This document shows positions 17,609-28,166 of a stretch of DNA of 64,000 nt, one piece after another. The position numbers and the translations under genes are program-made. This DNA is from Lacibacter sp. (GTDB taxonomy: Bacteria; Bacteroidota; Bacteroidia; Chitinophagales; Chitinophagaceae). Below the pieces are notes generated by a model. That model was not told the origin of the DNA and did not search any database. It worked only from the letters and a program-made list of their open reading frames with translations. The stretch spans positions 3,064,360 to 3,128,359 of the forward strand of contig JASGIJ010000001.1 of the NCBI GenBank assembly GCA_047601965.1, read 5' to 3'. Each line of letters begins with the position of its first letter. Position 1 is the stretch's first letter.

Positions 17609-18868
17609 ATGAACTGGTATTTACTGGGTGGTGTTATTGTATGCATATTGCTCGTAGGTTTTTTCTCCGGGCTGGAAGCTGCATTTGGAACATTAAATCG
17701 TTTTTCAATTGAACTCAAGAAAAAGCAGGGCCATACCAGCGGGCGTATACTGGGTAATTTTATTGAGCAGCAAAGCCGATTCATTGGTTCGGTGCTGGTA
17801 GGTCTTACGCTCACACTGGTCATTTACGTATTACTCAGCAGCCGTTTTTTTACTCCTCTTTGGCAAAAGCTTCCACAACCGATACAAAATCCCTGGTTTA
17901 AATTAGTTACAGAGGTATTTATTACTGCAGCAATTGTATTGCTCGTTCAGTTTATTTTCAGAGCATATTTTAAAGCAAAGAGCACTTCCATCCTTTCTTT
18001 TTTTGCAAGAATATTCAGTTTTATTTACCGTATTCTTTCCCCCATTGCCATGTTCTTTGTTGGCGTATCTGAATGGATACTGAAATACCTGTTTGACGTA
18101 AGGATGAATGATAAGAAAGAAGCCTTCAACCGTGTTGATCTTGACTATTTCATTCAGCAAAGCAGGGAAAACAATGAAGAAGACCAGGACATTAATACCG
18201 AACTGTTTGAAAATGCACTTTCACTGCCAGGTGTAAAAGTGCGTGAATGCTTAATTCCACGTAAAGAAATTATCGGAGTTGATGCCGGCACTTCCATTGA
18301 TGAGGTAAAACAAAAATTTATTGAAACACAGCTCAGCAAGCTGATTGTTTACGAAGGAAACATTGATACTATACTCGGTTATGTTCATCAGCTTGATCTG
18401 TTTCGTAAACCAGCCGATCTGAAATCAGTTTTGCTGCCCATACCTGCTGTTCCTGAAAGTATGGGAGTTACTGATCTCATCAACCAGTTTACAAAAGAAC
18501 GCAAAAGTATTGCATGGGTGGTTGATGAATTTGGCGGCACAAGTGGTATTGTAACGATGGAAGATTTGCTGGAAGAAATTTTTGGTGAAATACAGGACGA
18601 ATACGATATCGAAGAGTTTGTAGAAAAGCAGCTTGCTGAATCTGAATTTATTTTCAGCGGCAGGCTTGAACTTGATTATCTCTCAGAAAAATACAATCTT
18701 GAGTTTAAAGACGATACCGATGCAGAAACCTTATCCGGCTATATAGTAGAACACCATGAAACAATTCCCAAGGCTAAAGAACGGATTATTGTTGATGATT
18801 ACGAGTTTGATATTCTTTCAGTAAGCGAAACCCGCATTGAAACTGTAAAAATGAAAATACTACATTAA
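17609..18868 (+). CDS. hemolysin family / CNNM protein (DUF21 TM domain, CBS pair, CorC_HlyC); GldE-like
   Basis: 419 aa with four N-terminal TM helices, a CBS-pair region and the C-terminal transporter-associated domain (ETLSGYIVEH..IPK....I). No gldD neighbour, so no gldE symbol is assigned. Confidence 0.85.
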   Translation: MNWYLLGGVIVCILLVGFFSGLEAAFGTLNRFSIELKKKQGHTSGRILGNFIEQQSRFIGSVLVGLTLTLVIYVLLSSRFFTPLWQKLPQPIQNPWFKLVTEVFITAAIVLLVQFIFRAYFKAKSTSILSFFARIFSFIYRILSPIAMFFVGVSEWILKYLFDVRMNDKKEAFNRVDLDYFIQQSRENNEEDQDINTELFENALSLPGVKVRECLIPRKEIIGVDAGTSIDEVKQKFIETQLSKLIVYEGNIDTILGYVHQLDLFRKPADLKSVLLPIPAVPESMGVTDLINQFTKERKSIAWVVDEFGGTSGIVTMEDLLEEIFGEIQDEYDIEEFVEKQLAESEFIFSGRLELDYLSEKYNLEFKDDTDAETLSGYIVEHHETIPKAKERIIVDDYEFDILSVSETRIETVKMKILH

Positions 18869-19046
18869 AAACGCATCATAACCGCCAAAAGCCTTTCCTG
18901 TCCGTTCATACAAAGAGTTATTACCTGCGAAAACTTTATAATAATTTTTCATTGCACCATACGTGCAATCAGTGATAAATGATTGTTATTGCAAACGCAT
19001 AAAATGTATTGCAGTAATTTTTTTAAACAAACCAAACATAATCAGT

Positions 19047-21625
19047 ATGAAGAAAATTGCAGTAACACTGGCGTCTTTTTGCCTGTTTATTTGCAGCAGT
19101 GCCCTGGCTCAAAACAAACAAGCCACAGCACCTGTTGCCGACACAGCCAAAAAACCAGCACCCAAACCCGGCATTACAGAAAAAGTAAAATCAAGTAAAA
19201 AACTGGGCGGATTATTTACTCTTTACCAGGACACTGTAACAGGAAGTGTACAGATGTACATTCGTAAAGACCAGCTGAACAAAAACTTTATTTATCAAAG
19301 TTTTTCAATAAGCGGCCCTACAACATTGTACCTGAACCAAAGCATGCACCGTTCAACTTTGTTGTTCAAGATGAAAAAATCATTCGATAAAATTGAATTT
19401 TCACTTGTTAATACCAACTTCTACTACGATCCCAAAAATGCTGTAAGCAAATCGGCAAATGTTGATGTGGCCGAATCGGTTTTTTATACCGATAAATTTG
19501 CAGCTGAAGATTCAACCGGTTACCTCATCAGCGCAGATCCGCTTTTTTTAAGTGATAAGCTTGACCCTGTAAAACCGGTTTTTTCTCCAACAGTGCCATC
19601 CTACATGTTCTTTAACCTGGGTGGATTCAATCCTTCAAAAGTAAAGTAAGCAACGTACGTTCTTACCCCAATAATACAGATGTGATTGTTGACCTTGCGT
19701 ATGATAATCCTGTTCCGTACAACGGAGGAGGAAAAGACATTACTGATGCCCGTTATATCCGTATCAAACTACAGCACTCTTTTCTTGAAGTACCTGTAAA
19801 TGATTTCAAGCCAAGGTTTGATGATCCACGTGTTGGATTTTTTACACAGGAAGTAGATGATCTTACCTCAAACGAAGTAACCAACTACCGTGATGTGATC
19901 AACCGCTGGCACCTGAAGAAAAAAGACCCGAATGCTGCCATCAGCGAACCGGTTGAACCAATTGTTTACTGGGTTGAAAACACAACACCTGTTGAATTCC
20001 GCAATATTGTAAAAGCAGCAGGTGAGCGCTGGAATGAAGCATTTGAAAAAGCCGGATTTAAAAATGCGGTTGTCATGAAAATTATGCCTGATACTGCAAC
20101 ATGGGATCCTGCCGACATCCGTTACAATGTTATACGCTGGGTTTCTTCTGCCTATCCCTCTTATGGAGCAATCGGGCCAAGCTTTGTTAACCCTGCAACA
20201 GGCCAGATACTTGGTACTGATATTACCATTGAATGGGGAAGCGGTGCCGTTACACCTTTTCTTGATGTAATACAGGATAACAATGCAGCTCCGCAACAAA
20301 AAGATTTGTTTGACATGCTTCCTCCGCAGGTTAAAAAACATTGGGCGCATTGCAATATCGGTGCTGAACTTGCCAAACAATTTATGGCAGGCTCAACGCT
20401 TATTACTACAAGTGCTGCTGACGGCGCAGAAACAGAAATTAAAAAAGCACACGAGCAATTCCTCTATTACCTGGTACTGCACGAAATGGGACATACACTG
20501 GGCTTAAATCATAATATGAAAGCCTCACAGATGTTAAGTCCTGCTGAAGTACACAATACATCTGTCACCCAGAAAAAAGGATTGCAGGGTTCTGTAATGG
20601 ATTATCCTTCGATCAACATCAACAGCGACAGAAGCAAGCAGGGTGATTATTATACAATGAAACCCGGCCCTTATGATTTATGGGCAATTGAGTTTGGTTA
20701 CAGGGAATTTGCAGAAGGGCAGGAACAAAGCGGACTGAATGCGATTCTCCGCCGCAGCCACGAACCCGATCTTGCTTTTGGCAATGATGCCGATGACATG
20801 CGCAGCCCCGGCAGCGGTATTGACCCCCGTGTAATGATTAACGACATGAGTAACGATATGATTGCTTATGGCGAAGACCGCTTCAAATACGTAAACAATG
20901 CAATGGGAAAACTCATCAGCAAATATGCAAAGAGCGATAAATCTTACCAGGAAATTCAGATTCGTTATTCTGTTTTAAACAGTCAGCGTTTTCAAATGGC
21001 TAATGCCATCAGCCGGTATATTGGCGGTGTGCAGGTTGACAGAAGTTTCCCCGGACAAAACAACGGAAGCAAACCATTTACTGTTACACCTGTTGAGTAC
21101 CAGAAAAAAGCAATGGCATTCTTAAACAAAAACGTTTTTGCACCCAATGCGTTTGATGCCGATCTTCCTTTACTACCCTACCTGCAAACACAGCGTCGTG
21201 GATTCAGCTTCTTTGGCGCTACTGAAGATCCAAAACATACATCCGTTGTACAGAATTTTCACATGAATATTTTAACCAGTTTGCTCAACCCGGTTACAAT
21301 GCGCCGTATATCCAACAGCGGTTTATATGGCAACAGTTATTCTGTAGCTGATGTACTGAGTGATTTAACTGCTGGAATTTTTAAAGCTGATATTGGCGGC
21401 GCTGTAAATATTTACCGTCAAAACCTGCAAACCGAATTTGTTCGTGGGCTTGTTTCAATTATTGAATCAAAAACAGGTTACGACAATGCAGCAAAAAGCG
21501 GGGCATACAACAGTCTCCGCAAAATAAGAACAATGGTTGCAGCAGCAGTTTCGCCAAACGAATCTACAAAAGCACACCGTTCATCATTACTGTTCATTAT
21601 AGACAAAGCACTTGCAACAAAATAA
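19047..21625 (+). pseudogene. zinc-dependent metalloprotease (DUF5117/DUF4953-type) interrupted by a -1 frameshift
   Basis: The signal-peptide N-terminal ORF (to 19649) and the 647-aa ORF with HEMGHTLGLNHN (from 19682) are in different frames. The second frame is open from 19616. One extra A in the A4 run at 19637-19640 joins ...GGFNPSK to SKVSNVRSYPNNTDV... Confidence 0.8.
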
Positions 21626-21645
21626 GTTTGCTTCTTTTTGATGAT

Positions 21646-21678
21646 AAAGCCACCCGGTCGGGTGGCTTTATTGTTTTT
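21646..21678 (+). terminator. rho-independent terminator after the metalloprotease gene
   Basis: aaagccacccg-gtc-gggtggcttt followed by attgttttt. Confidence 0.7.
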
Positions 21679-21736
21679 ACAGCATGTTTTTTCACTCGTT
21701 TATTTCGGGTTACATTTGCAACTGAAATTTTTTCTT

Positions 21737-22621
21737 GTGGCAGAAACTCAATCAGAACGCAGATCAATTTTTAAACGAATCAGAGGCAAAGCTCCTGTTA
21801 CCGACCAGGGAGAGATGACTTTTATTGATCACCTGGAAGAACTGCGCTGGCATATTATCCGCTCATTAATTGCAGTTATGCTCGGTGCAATTGTTGTAGG
21901 TTTCAATATCAAATTCGTAGTTGACCAAATCTTTATGGGCCCGGTGCATAAGGATTTTATTACGTACAAATGGCTTTGTGAAATAGGAAAAAGGATTCAT
22001 GTAACCGATTTATGCATGACTGATTTTTCTCTGCGTTTTCAGAGTAATGCCATGACGGAGCAGTTTCTTATGACGTTTACCATTGCATTCACTGCAGGGT
22101 TTATTCTTGCATTTCCTTATGTTTTCTGGGAAATATGGAAGTTTATCCGCCCCGCCCTCAGTGACAAGGAAAAAAGAGGAACAACCGGCGTTATTGCCTG
22201 GATTTCGGTTCTGTTTTTTATTGGAGTTGCATTTGGTTATTATGTCCTCACTCCCTTTATGGTGTATTTCTATTCAACCTACACCATCAGTCCGCTTATT
22301 GATTTTAAACCAACAGTGAGTGATTATTTTGAAAACCTTGTTTACCTCACCGTTGGTATTGGATTATTGTTTCAGTTGCCCGTTGTTGTAATGCTGTTAA
22401 CAAGAGTGGGAATTCTTACCCCTAAAACATTAAAAAACATCCGCAAGTTTGCATTTGTGGTGATATTGATACTTGCAGCCATCATTACACCATCAACCGA
22501 TCCGTTCAGCCTGGCACTGGTTACAATTCCGTTGTACACATTGTACGAGTTCAGTATTTTTCTGAGCATGCGTATTTACAGGAAGCAGGTAAAAGAAGAA
22601 GAAATTGAAGAATGGAGCTGA
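21737..22621 (+). CDS. tatC: twin-arginine translocase subunit TatC
   Basis: FIDHLEELRWHIIRSL followed by six TM segments. The start is set at the GTG at 21737 (alternative ATG at 21815) because the tracked start at 21638 overlaps the upstream terminator hairpin. Confidence 0.88.
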   Translation: MAETQSERRSIFKRIRGKAPVTDQGEMTFIDHLEELRWHIIRSLIAVMLGAIVVGFNIKFVVDQIFMGPVHKDFITYKWLCEIGKRIHVTDLCMTDFSLRFQSNAMTEQFLMTFTIAFTAGFILAFPYVFWEIWKFIRPALSDKEKRGTTGVIAWISVLFFIGVAFGYYVLTPFMVYFYSTYTISPLIDFKPTVSDYFENLVYLTVGIGLLFQLPVVVMLLTRVGILTPKTLKNIRKFAFVVILILAAIITPSTDPFSLALVTIPLYTLYEFSIFLSMRIYRKQVKEEEIEEWS

Positions 22622-22690
22622 CGGAAAAATTGCTGAAAAATAATAATGCTAACTTTGACATCTTATCAACCAACAACAAAAAACTAAAAC

Positions 22691-23146
22691 ATGCAAAACC
22701 CTTTTGATATGAGCAAGCCTGTTGCAATTGGCAGCGATCATGCAGGCTTTGATTTTAAAGAAGATTTAATTTCTTTTCTTGAAGGAAAGGGAATTGTATA
22801 TAAAGATTTTGGAACCTACTCTTCCGATTCAGTTGATTATGCCGATTTTGCCCATCCTGTTTCATCAGCAGTAGAAAACAATGAAGCTGCTTTTGGTATT
22901 CTGCTTTGCGGAAGTGCAAATGGTGTGGCTATTACAGCTAATAAACACCAGGGCGTTCGTGCCGCCATTTGCTGGGGCGAAGAACTGGCCCAGCTGGCAA
23001 GGGGACATAACGATGCCAATGTTATCTGCATTCCTGCCCGCTTTGTACGGGAAGGCGATGCCGAGAAAATGGTTGAAACATTTATGAATACCGGCTTTGA
23101 AGGAGGACGACATGAAAGAAGGGTGCAGAAAATGCGCTGCTCATAA
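22691..23146 (+). CDS. rpiB: ribose-5-phosphate isomerase B
   Basis: 151 aa with the RpiB/LacA/LacB motifs GSDHAGF and LLCGSANGVAITANK. Confidence 0.92.
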   Translation: MQNPFDMSKPVAIGSDHAGFDFKEDLISFLEGKGIVYKDFGTYSSDSVDYADFAHPVSSAVENNEAAFGILLCGSANGVAITANKHQGVRAAICWGEELAQLARGHNDANVICIPARFVREGDAEKMVETFMNTGFEGGRHERRVQKMRCS

Positions 23147-23176
23147 TCTGCAATAAAAAAATACCGCACATATAAC

Positions 23177-23200
23177 AATCCCGCCACAAGCGGGATTTTC
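23177..23200 (+). terminator. terminator-like hairpin after rpiB
   Basis: aatcccgc-cacaa-gcgggatt followed by ttc. Confidence 0.55.
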
Positions 23201-23229
23201 ATTTACTTTCGGTCAACAACAACAAATAC

Positions 23230-24693
23230 ATGAAGAACTTTTTATTGCTTATCTGCAGCCTCATTGTACTTTCTGCAACTGCCCAGAAAAAAAACAAAAC
23301 AGCAGAAAAATTTGCACAAACAATTACTGCTGCCGATCTCAGAAATTATTTATTTACACTTGCCTCTCCCGAAATGGAAGGAAGAGAAACTGGAATGCCA
23401 GGGCAGCGTAAAGCTGCTGATTATCTGAAACAACAATTTCAGCGTATTGGAATTGCACCAGGCAACAATGGCAACTATGAACAGATGTATCCTGTTTATA
23501 AAGACACACTGAAAGAGGCAGCCATCAGCATCAACAACAAAAAATTTGAGTATGGAAAAGATTTTACGGCCATGCTCAACACCATTACCACCACAACAGT
23601 TTATTTCAGCGAAGTTGTATATATGAGCAAAATTGACACAACAGTTGATATAAAAGGAAAAGCAGTGGTACTGTTTTCATCTGCAGCATTGCAAAATACA
23701 CGCAGCGGCGATTTAAACAAACTGCTTAATCAGCAACCTGCTGCCTTACTCATTATACAGCCGGGTATTGATAAACAGCCCGGGCAGCGTAGTGGCCGCA
23801 TGTACGTTAACCTGTACAAAGCAAAACAATCACCCGTTTTCATCCGCATATCAGAGCAAATGGGCGAAGCCATTCTGCAATCTGATTTTGCAAAAGCAAA
23901 AGAGCAATCGCTTGAAACAAAAACTGTTTCAACCGAACTGATGCTTTCATTTGATAAAGAAAGTTCAGCAGTTGAAGCATCAAATGTTCTTGGCGTTATT
24001 GAAGGCACAGACAAAAAAGACGAATGGGTGGTTGTATCGGCACACTACGATCATGTAGGTATGCAGGGAGGCAAACTGCACCCCGGTGCCGATGATGACG
24101 GAAGCGGCACAGTTGCTGTACTTGAAATGGCCGAAGCATTTGCAAAAGCAAAAGCAGCAGGTAAAGGACCACGCCGCAGCATGTTGTTTATTCTTGTTAG
24201 TGGCGAAGAAAAAGGTTTGTGGGGAAGCGCATTTTATTCCAGCCATGCTGTTTACCCGCTTGACAAAACTTCCATTGATTTAAACATTGATATGATTGGC
24301 CGGAAAGACGACAAGCTTAATTCGCCCGACAGTAACAACCATGTGTACCTGATTGGCGATGACAAGCTCAGCAGCGACTTGCCAAAGCTGGTTGACAGCA
24401 TCAACCAGCTTTACATCAAACTGATTACCGACAGAAAGTATAACGATCCCAAAGATCCGCAACGCTTGTATTACCGAAGCGATCATTACAACTTTGCAGC
24501 AAAAGGGGTTCCCGTTTTATTTTTCTTTGACGGTATTCATAAAGACTATCATAAACCAACCGATACACCAGATAAAATCAATTATGATTTGTTAGAGAAG
24601 AGAGCAAGACTTGTATTCTTGCTGGCATGGGAAGCATCGAACAGGAACGAGATGATGAAACGGGATATTCCGCTGAATGTACCGGCTAGATAA
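23230..24693 (+). CDS. M28 family zinc peptidase, secreted
   Basis: 487 aa with a signal peptide, a PA-like insert, and the metal ligand motifs SAHYDH, GADDDGSG and GEEKGLWGS. Confidence 0.88.
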   Translation: MKNFLLLICSLIVLSATAQKKNKTAEKFAQTITAADLRNYLFTLASPEMEGRETGMPGQRKAADYLKQQFQRIGIAPGNNGNYEQMYPVYKDTLKEAAISINNKKFEYGKDFTAMLNTITTTTVYFSEVVYMSKIDTTVDIKGKAVVLFSSAALQNTRSGDLNKLLNQQPAALLIIQPGIDKQPGQRSGRMYVNLYKAKQSPVFIRISEQMGEAILQSDFAKAKEQSLETKTVSTELMLSFDKESSAVEASNVLGVIEGTDKKDEWVVVSAHYDHVGMQGGKLHPGADDDGSGTVAVLEMAEAFAKAKAAGKGPRRSMLFILVSGEEKGLWGSAFYSSHAVYPLDKTSIDLNIDMIGRKDDKLNSPDSNNHVYLIGDDKLSSDLPKLVDSINQLYIKLITDRKYNDPKDPQRLYYRSDHYNFAAKGVPVLFFFDGIHKDYHKPTDTPDKINYDLLEKRARLVFLLAWEASNRNEMMKRDIPLNVPAR

Positions 24694-24697
24694 AAAT

Positions 24698-24728
24698 AAA
24701 AACCCAGACTGAAAGGTCTGGGTTTTTT
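24698..24728 (+). terminator. rho-independent terminator after the M28 peptidase gene
   Basis: aaaacccagac-tgaaa-ggtctgggtttttt. Confidence 0.75.
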
Positions 24729-24840
24729 AATGCATGTTATGTAGCAGAGGCCATTGCATCTGTTGAGCTGTAGTTGCGTCGCACACTTGTGCGCATTGAA
24801 TTTCTATTCATCAATTCGATCTGCATCACTTTTTAAGATG

Positions 24841-24848
24841 TAAATTTG
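24841..24848 (+). promoter_or_regulatory. candidate -7 box (TAAATTTG) for the DUF2975-like gene
   Basis: Exact TAnnTTTG match 52 nt upstream of the ATG at 24900. It lies inside a 30-nt motif that recurs at 1406-1435. Confidence 0.4.
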
Positions 24849-24899
24849 AAAAGAGCCTTTTCTTCCAGTGAATACAACAACTCATAAAAAAGAAAATAT

Positions 24900-25394
24900 A
24901 TGAAACCACGCTCAACAATATTTCTCCAGGCAGTTATTGTGCTTGTTGCAATTGTATCAATAATCATTATGATTCGGATGCCCTTAACAGAAGGAAGAGC
25001 TAAAAATTCAGATCTCCTGCATATTTATCTTGATCCGCTTATCCTGTATGTATATGCCGCATCCATTCTTTTTTTTGTTTCGCTTTATAAAGTGTTCAGG
25101 TTACTTGATTACATCGGGCAAAACAAAGCATTTTCACCCAACACTATAAATGCTTTAAGAAGTATTAAACGTTACGCAATTGTCCTAGGCATCTTAATTA
25201 TGGCAGCCGGAATATTCATCAGGATCTTTCATGCGAAAGACGACGATCCTGTCGGGTTTCTCGTCATATGTTTTGTGGCTACGCTTGTTTCTGTTGTAGT
25301 TGCCAATGCCGCAGCTGTTTTTGAAAAAATTCTGCAGAATGGAGTGGACATCAAATCAGAAAATGAACAACTGCACGGACAGTTAGAACAATAA
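24900..25394 (+). CDS. DUF2975-like four-TM membrane protein
   Basis: 164 aa with four hydrophobic helices. The family assignment comes from overall pattern memory and is not verified. Confidence 0.6.
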   Translation: MKPRSTIFLQAVIVLVAIVSIIIMIRMPLTEGRAKNSDLLHIYLDPLILYVYAASILFFVSLYKVFRLLDYIGQNKAFSPNTINALRSIKRYAIVLGILIMAAGIFIRIFHAKDDDPVGFLVICFVATLVSVVVANAAAVFEKILQNGVDIKSENEQLHGQLEQ

Positions 25395-25416
25395 TTTGAC
25401 TCTTTCATAAAACAGA

Positions 25417-25443
25417 AAGCCCCGACATAAAGTCGGGGCTTTC
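25417..25443. terminator. bidirectional terminator between convergent genes
   Basis: aaagccccgac-ataaa-gtcggggcttt, with A/T runs on both sides. Confidence 0.7.
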
Positions 25444-25444
25444 C

Positions 25445-27118
25445 TTAAGCAAAGAAGAGTATTAGTAACTGCCCTGCTATTATTCGTAAAATCATTGTAA
25501 GCGGATATACTGTGGCGTAGTTAATGGATGCAACTTCGTTTTTTGCAAGCTGCGATGAAAATGCAAGTGCAGGAGGATCGGTACTTGCACCTGAAAGCAA
25601 ACCGCAAATTTCAAAATATGTTTTCCTGAAACCATAATGAGCAACCATGCCAACTATAAGCAATGGAACCATTGTAATGGTAAGACCCATTGCTATCCAT
25701 ATCCAGGCATTACCACCTTCAAAAGCACGGGCAAGATTTCCGCCGCTGCTTAAACCTACACTGGCAAGGAACAAACATATACCCAGCTCTCTCAGCATAA
25801 GATTGGCACTGTATGTTGTAAACTGGTTGAGATAGAGTTTGTTTCCGTAGCGGCTGAGCAGTAAAGCAATAATCAACGGACCACCAGCCAAACCAACTTT
25901 AACCGGCACCGGCATATTAAAGAAATACATGGGTATGCTTCCCAGCAGTACACCAAGTACAATACCTAAAAAGATCGGAGCCAGATCGGGCACATCCAAA
26001 CGCTTCATTTCATTACCCAGTGCTTTTGTTACCGATTCAATTCCTTCTTTTGTACCAACCACTTTAATATTATCGCCTAACTGTAAAATAATATCACCAT
26101 GCGGCACCATTTCAACACCTGCCCTGTTAAGACGGGTTAATGTAAAATCGTGCTGATGCAACGCTGAAATATCGCCCAGGCGTTTGTGCGTTATGTGGGC
26201 TTGTGTAACTGTAATTATTCTTGATATTAATTCGCTTTGCGGTGCATCTTTCAGGTTCATGTTTGATTCTTCACCAACAATCAGTCTCAGCATCTGCACC
26301 TGTTCTTTATGTGCAACAATCAGCAGCACATCACCTTCATTGAGGATTGTTTGTGGTGTGGGAGTAATAATTTCACCTTCATGATACATTCTTGAAACAA
26401 CAATCGGTTCTTTCAGCAGATCAAATATTTCACGCAGTTGTTTTCCAACAAGCTGTTTGTTTTCCAAACGAAGATGAATTGAAACAGGTCTGTTTGATTT
26501 TAATACATCCAGCTTGCGGTGCAGTTCTCTTTCTTTATCAAGGTCAACACGGAAAATAACTTTCAATAACAGGATTGAACCAATAATACCAAACACACCA
26601 AACGGATAAACCAATGCATAGGCCAATGTAATCATGGAAGATGCATCACCGGCAATCTGCATATCCTTTGCTGCAGCCTGCGCAGCACCCATACCAGGTG
26701 TATTGGTAACTGCACCACTCATAATACCTGTAAGCGTGGGCATTGATGTTCCTGTAAAATAGAAAAAGGAAATTACAATCAACACACCAAGAATAACAAC
26801 TGAAGCAGCAAGCCCGTTGGTAACAATTGCATTTTTTTTGAGTGAAGCAAAGAAACCGGGACCAACCTGCAAACCAATTGTATATACAAAAAGAATAAGA
26901 CCAAACTCACGCAGAAAATGTTCCGTTTCTTTATTTACCACCACTCCGGCATAAGAAAGTGCAAGACCTGCAAACAATACCCAGGTAACCCCAAGAGAAA
27001 TACCAAATATTTTTAACCTGCCCAGCCACACACCAATCGCTATCACCAGGCCAAAAATTATAACTGTTTGAGGAATACTTTCTTCCGTTATTAATTTTAC
27101 TAACCAATCAAAATTCAT
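25445..27118 (-). CDS. YidE/YbjL-type putative transporter (duplicated AspT/YidE/YbjL domain with two central TrkA-C/RCK_C domains)
   Basis: 557 aa. Two multi-TM halves flank a soluble ~170-aa region containing the EGDVLLIV and GDNIKVVG RCK_C-like motifs. Confidence 0.85.
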   Translation of the reverse strand: MNFDWLVKLITEESIPQTVIIFGLVIAIGVWLGRLKIFGISLGVTWVLFAGLALSYAGVVVNKETEHFLREFGLILFVYTIGLQVGPGFFASLKKNAIVTNGLAASVVILGVLIVISFFYFTGTSMPTLTGIMSGAVTNTPGMGAAQAAAKDMQIAGDASSMITLAYALVYPFGVFGIIGSILLLKVIFRVDLDKERELHRKLDVLKSNRPVSIHLRLENKQLVGKQLREIFDLLKEPIVVSRMYHEGEIITPTPQTILNEGDVLLIVAHKEQVQMLRLIVGEESNMNLKDAPQSELISRIITVTQAHITHKRLGDISALHQHDFTLTRLNRAGVEMVPHGDIILQLGDNIKVVGTKEGIESVTKALGNEMKRLDVPDLAPIFLGIVLGVLLGSIPMYFFNMPVPVKVGLAGGPLIIALLLSRYGNKLYLNQFTTYSANLMLRELGICLFLASVGLSSGGNLARAFEGGNAWIWIAMGLTITMVPLLIVGMVAHYGFRKTYFEICGLLSGASTDPPALAFSSQLAKNEVASINYATVYPLTMILRIIAGQLLILFFA

Positions 27119-27413
27119 AAGCGATAAATTAAACGCAAAAGTAAAAATGATGATTTTTTTTCATGCTAACGACAATCATACTTTATACTTTCAGCAAACA
27201 TTCATTTTTAAGATTGCAAAAGAAATTCGTTGTATATAGCTGATACAGAGTATTTTATTTTTCACAACAAGTTGTTAGTTTTACAAAAATGAAAGCCGTA
27301 CAACAGTAAAAGAATTTAATTCACCGGCAACAATATTTGCATTGTTCCGTTATCAATCAGAATCCAAAACATTTTTTCGCATACCTTGAACAACTAACTG
27401 AACCCATTTATTC

Positions 27414-28166
27414 ATGAAAAAGAAGAAGAAGAAACTGCACCAATTTGAAATAAAATTTCTCGAAGGACCTCAAAGCAGGTGGAAAGAATTCAGATTTGCA
27501 TTTAAAGTATTTACAGAGTTTATCCGTGGTTACAGGCAGCTTGCGTTTGTTGGCCCCTGCGTTACAATATTCGGCTCTGCAAGATACAGTGAAGGACACA
27601 GGTATTACGAACTGACTGAAAGAGTAGGTGCTGAAGTAGCTAAAATGGGCTTTACTGTTTTAACAGGAGGAGGCCCCGGCCTGATGGAAGCAGCAAATAA
27701 AGGTGCAAAGGAAGTTGGCGGAAAAAGTGTTGGCTGCAATATTGTGTTACCGCATGAGCAACATCCCAACCCTTATTTAGACAGATGGGTCAACATCCGC
27801 TACTTTTTTGTACGGAAAACATTGCTCATAAAATATTCATACGCTTTCATCTGCATGCCGGGTGGTTTTGGCACTCTTGATGAATTGTTTGAAGCCATTA
27901 CGCTTATTCAAACAAAAAAGATCAAAGACTTTCCGGTAATCGTTTTCGGAAAAGAATACCACAAAGAAATGATAGAGCATATTGAACTGATGAAACAGAA
28001 CGGCACCATTTCGCCTCAAGATGTTGACCTGGTTTTTGTAACCGACTCCATAAAAGATGCAATGAAAGTGCTGAAAGAAAAAAGCATTAACAGGTTTGAT
28101 CTGCATCCTAAAAAACAAAGACCATTTGGATTTTTATTCGAAAAGAGGTTTTGGTTTTCCAGGTAA
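27414..28166 (+). CDS. LOG family (TIGR00730) Rossmann-fold nucleotide-binding protein
   Basis: Contains GGGPGLMEA and PGGFGTLDELFE. 250 aa. The 3' end overlaps the convergent EamA gene by 33 nt. Confidence 0.88.
   Translation: MKKKKKKLHQFEIKFLEGPQSRWKEFRFAFKVFTEFIRGYRQLAFVGPCVTIFGSARYSEGHRYYELTERVGAEVAKMGFTVLTGGGPGLMEAANKGAKEVGGKSVGCNIVLPHEQHPNPYLDRWVNIRYFFVRKTLLIKYSYAFICMPGGFGTLDELFEAITLIQTKKIKDFPVIVFGKEYHKEMIEHIELMKQNGTISPQDVDLVFVTDSIKDAMKVLKEKSINRFDLHPKKQRPFGFLFEKRFWFSR

Noticed and set aside
19616-19684. Programmed ribosomal frameshifting at the three broken genes
   Set aside because: None of the sites has a slippery heptamer plus downstream structure of the known type. Simple one-base homopolymer length errors explain all three, so an artefact or a pseudogene is more parsimonious.
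21638-21736. Upstream extension of tatC to the tracked start at 21638
   Set aside because: It would translate through the terminator hairpin of the preceding gene (21646-21678). The conserved TatC sequence begins much later.
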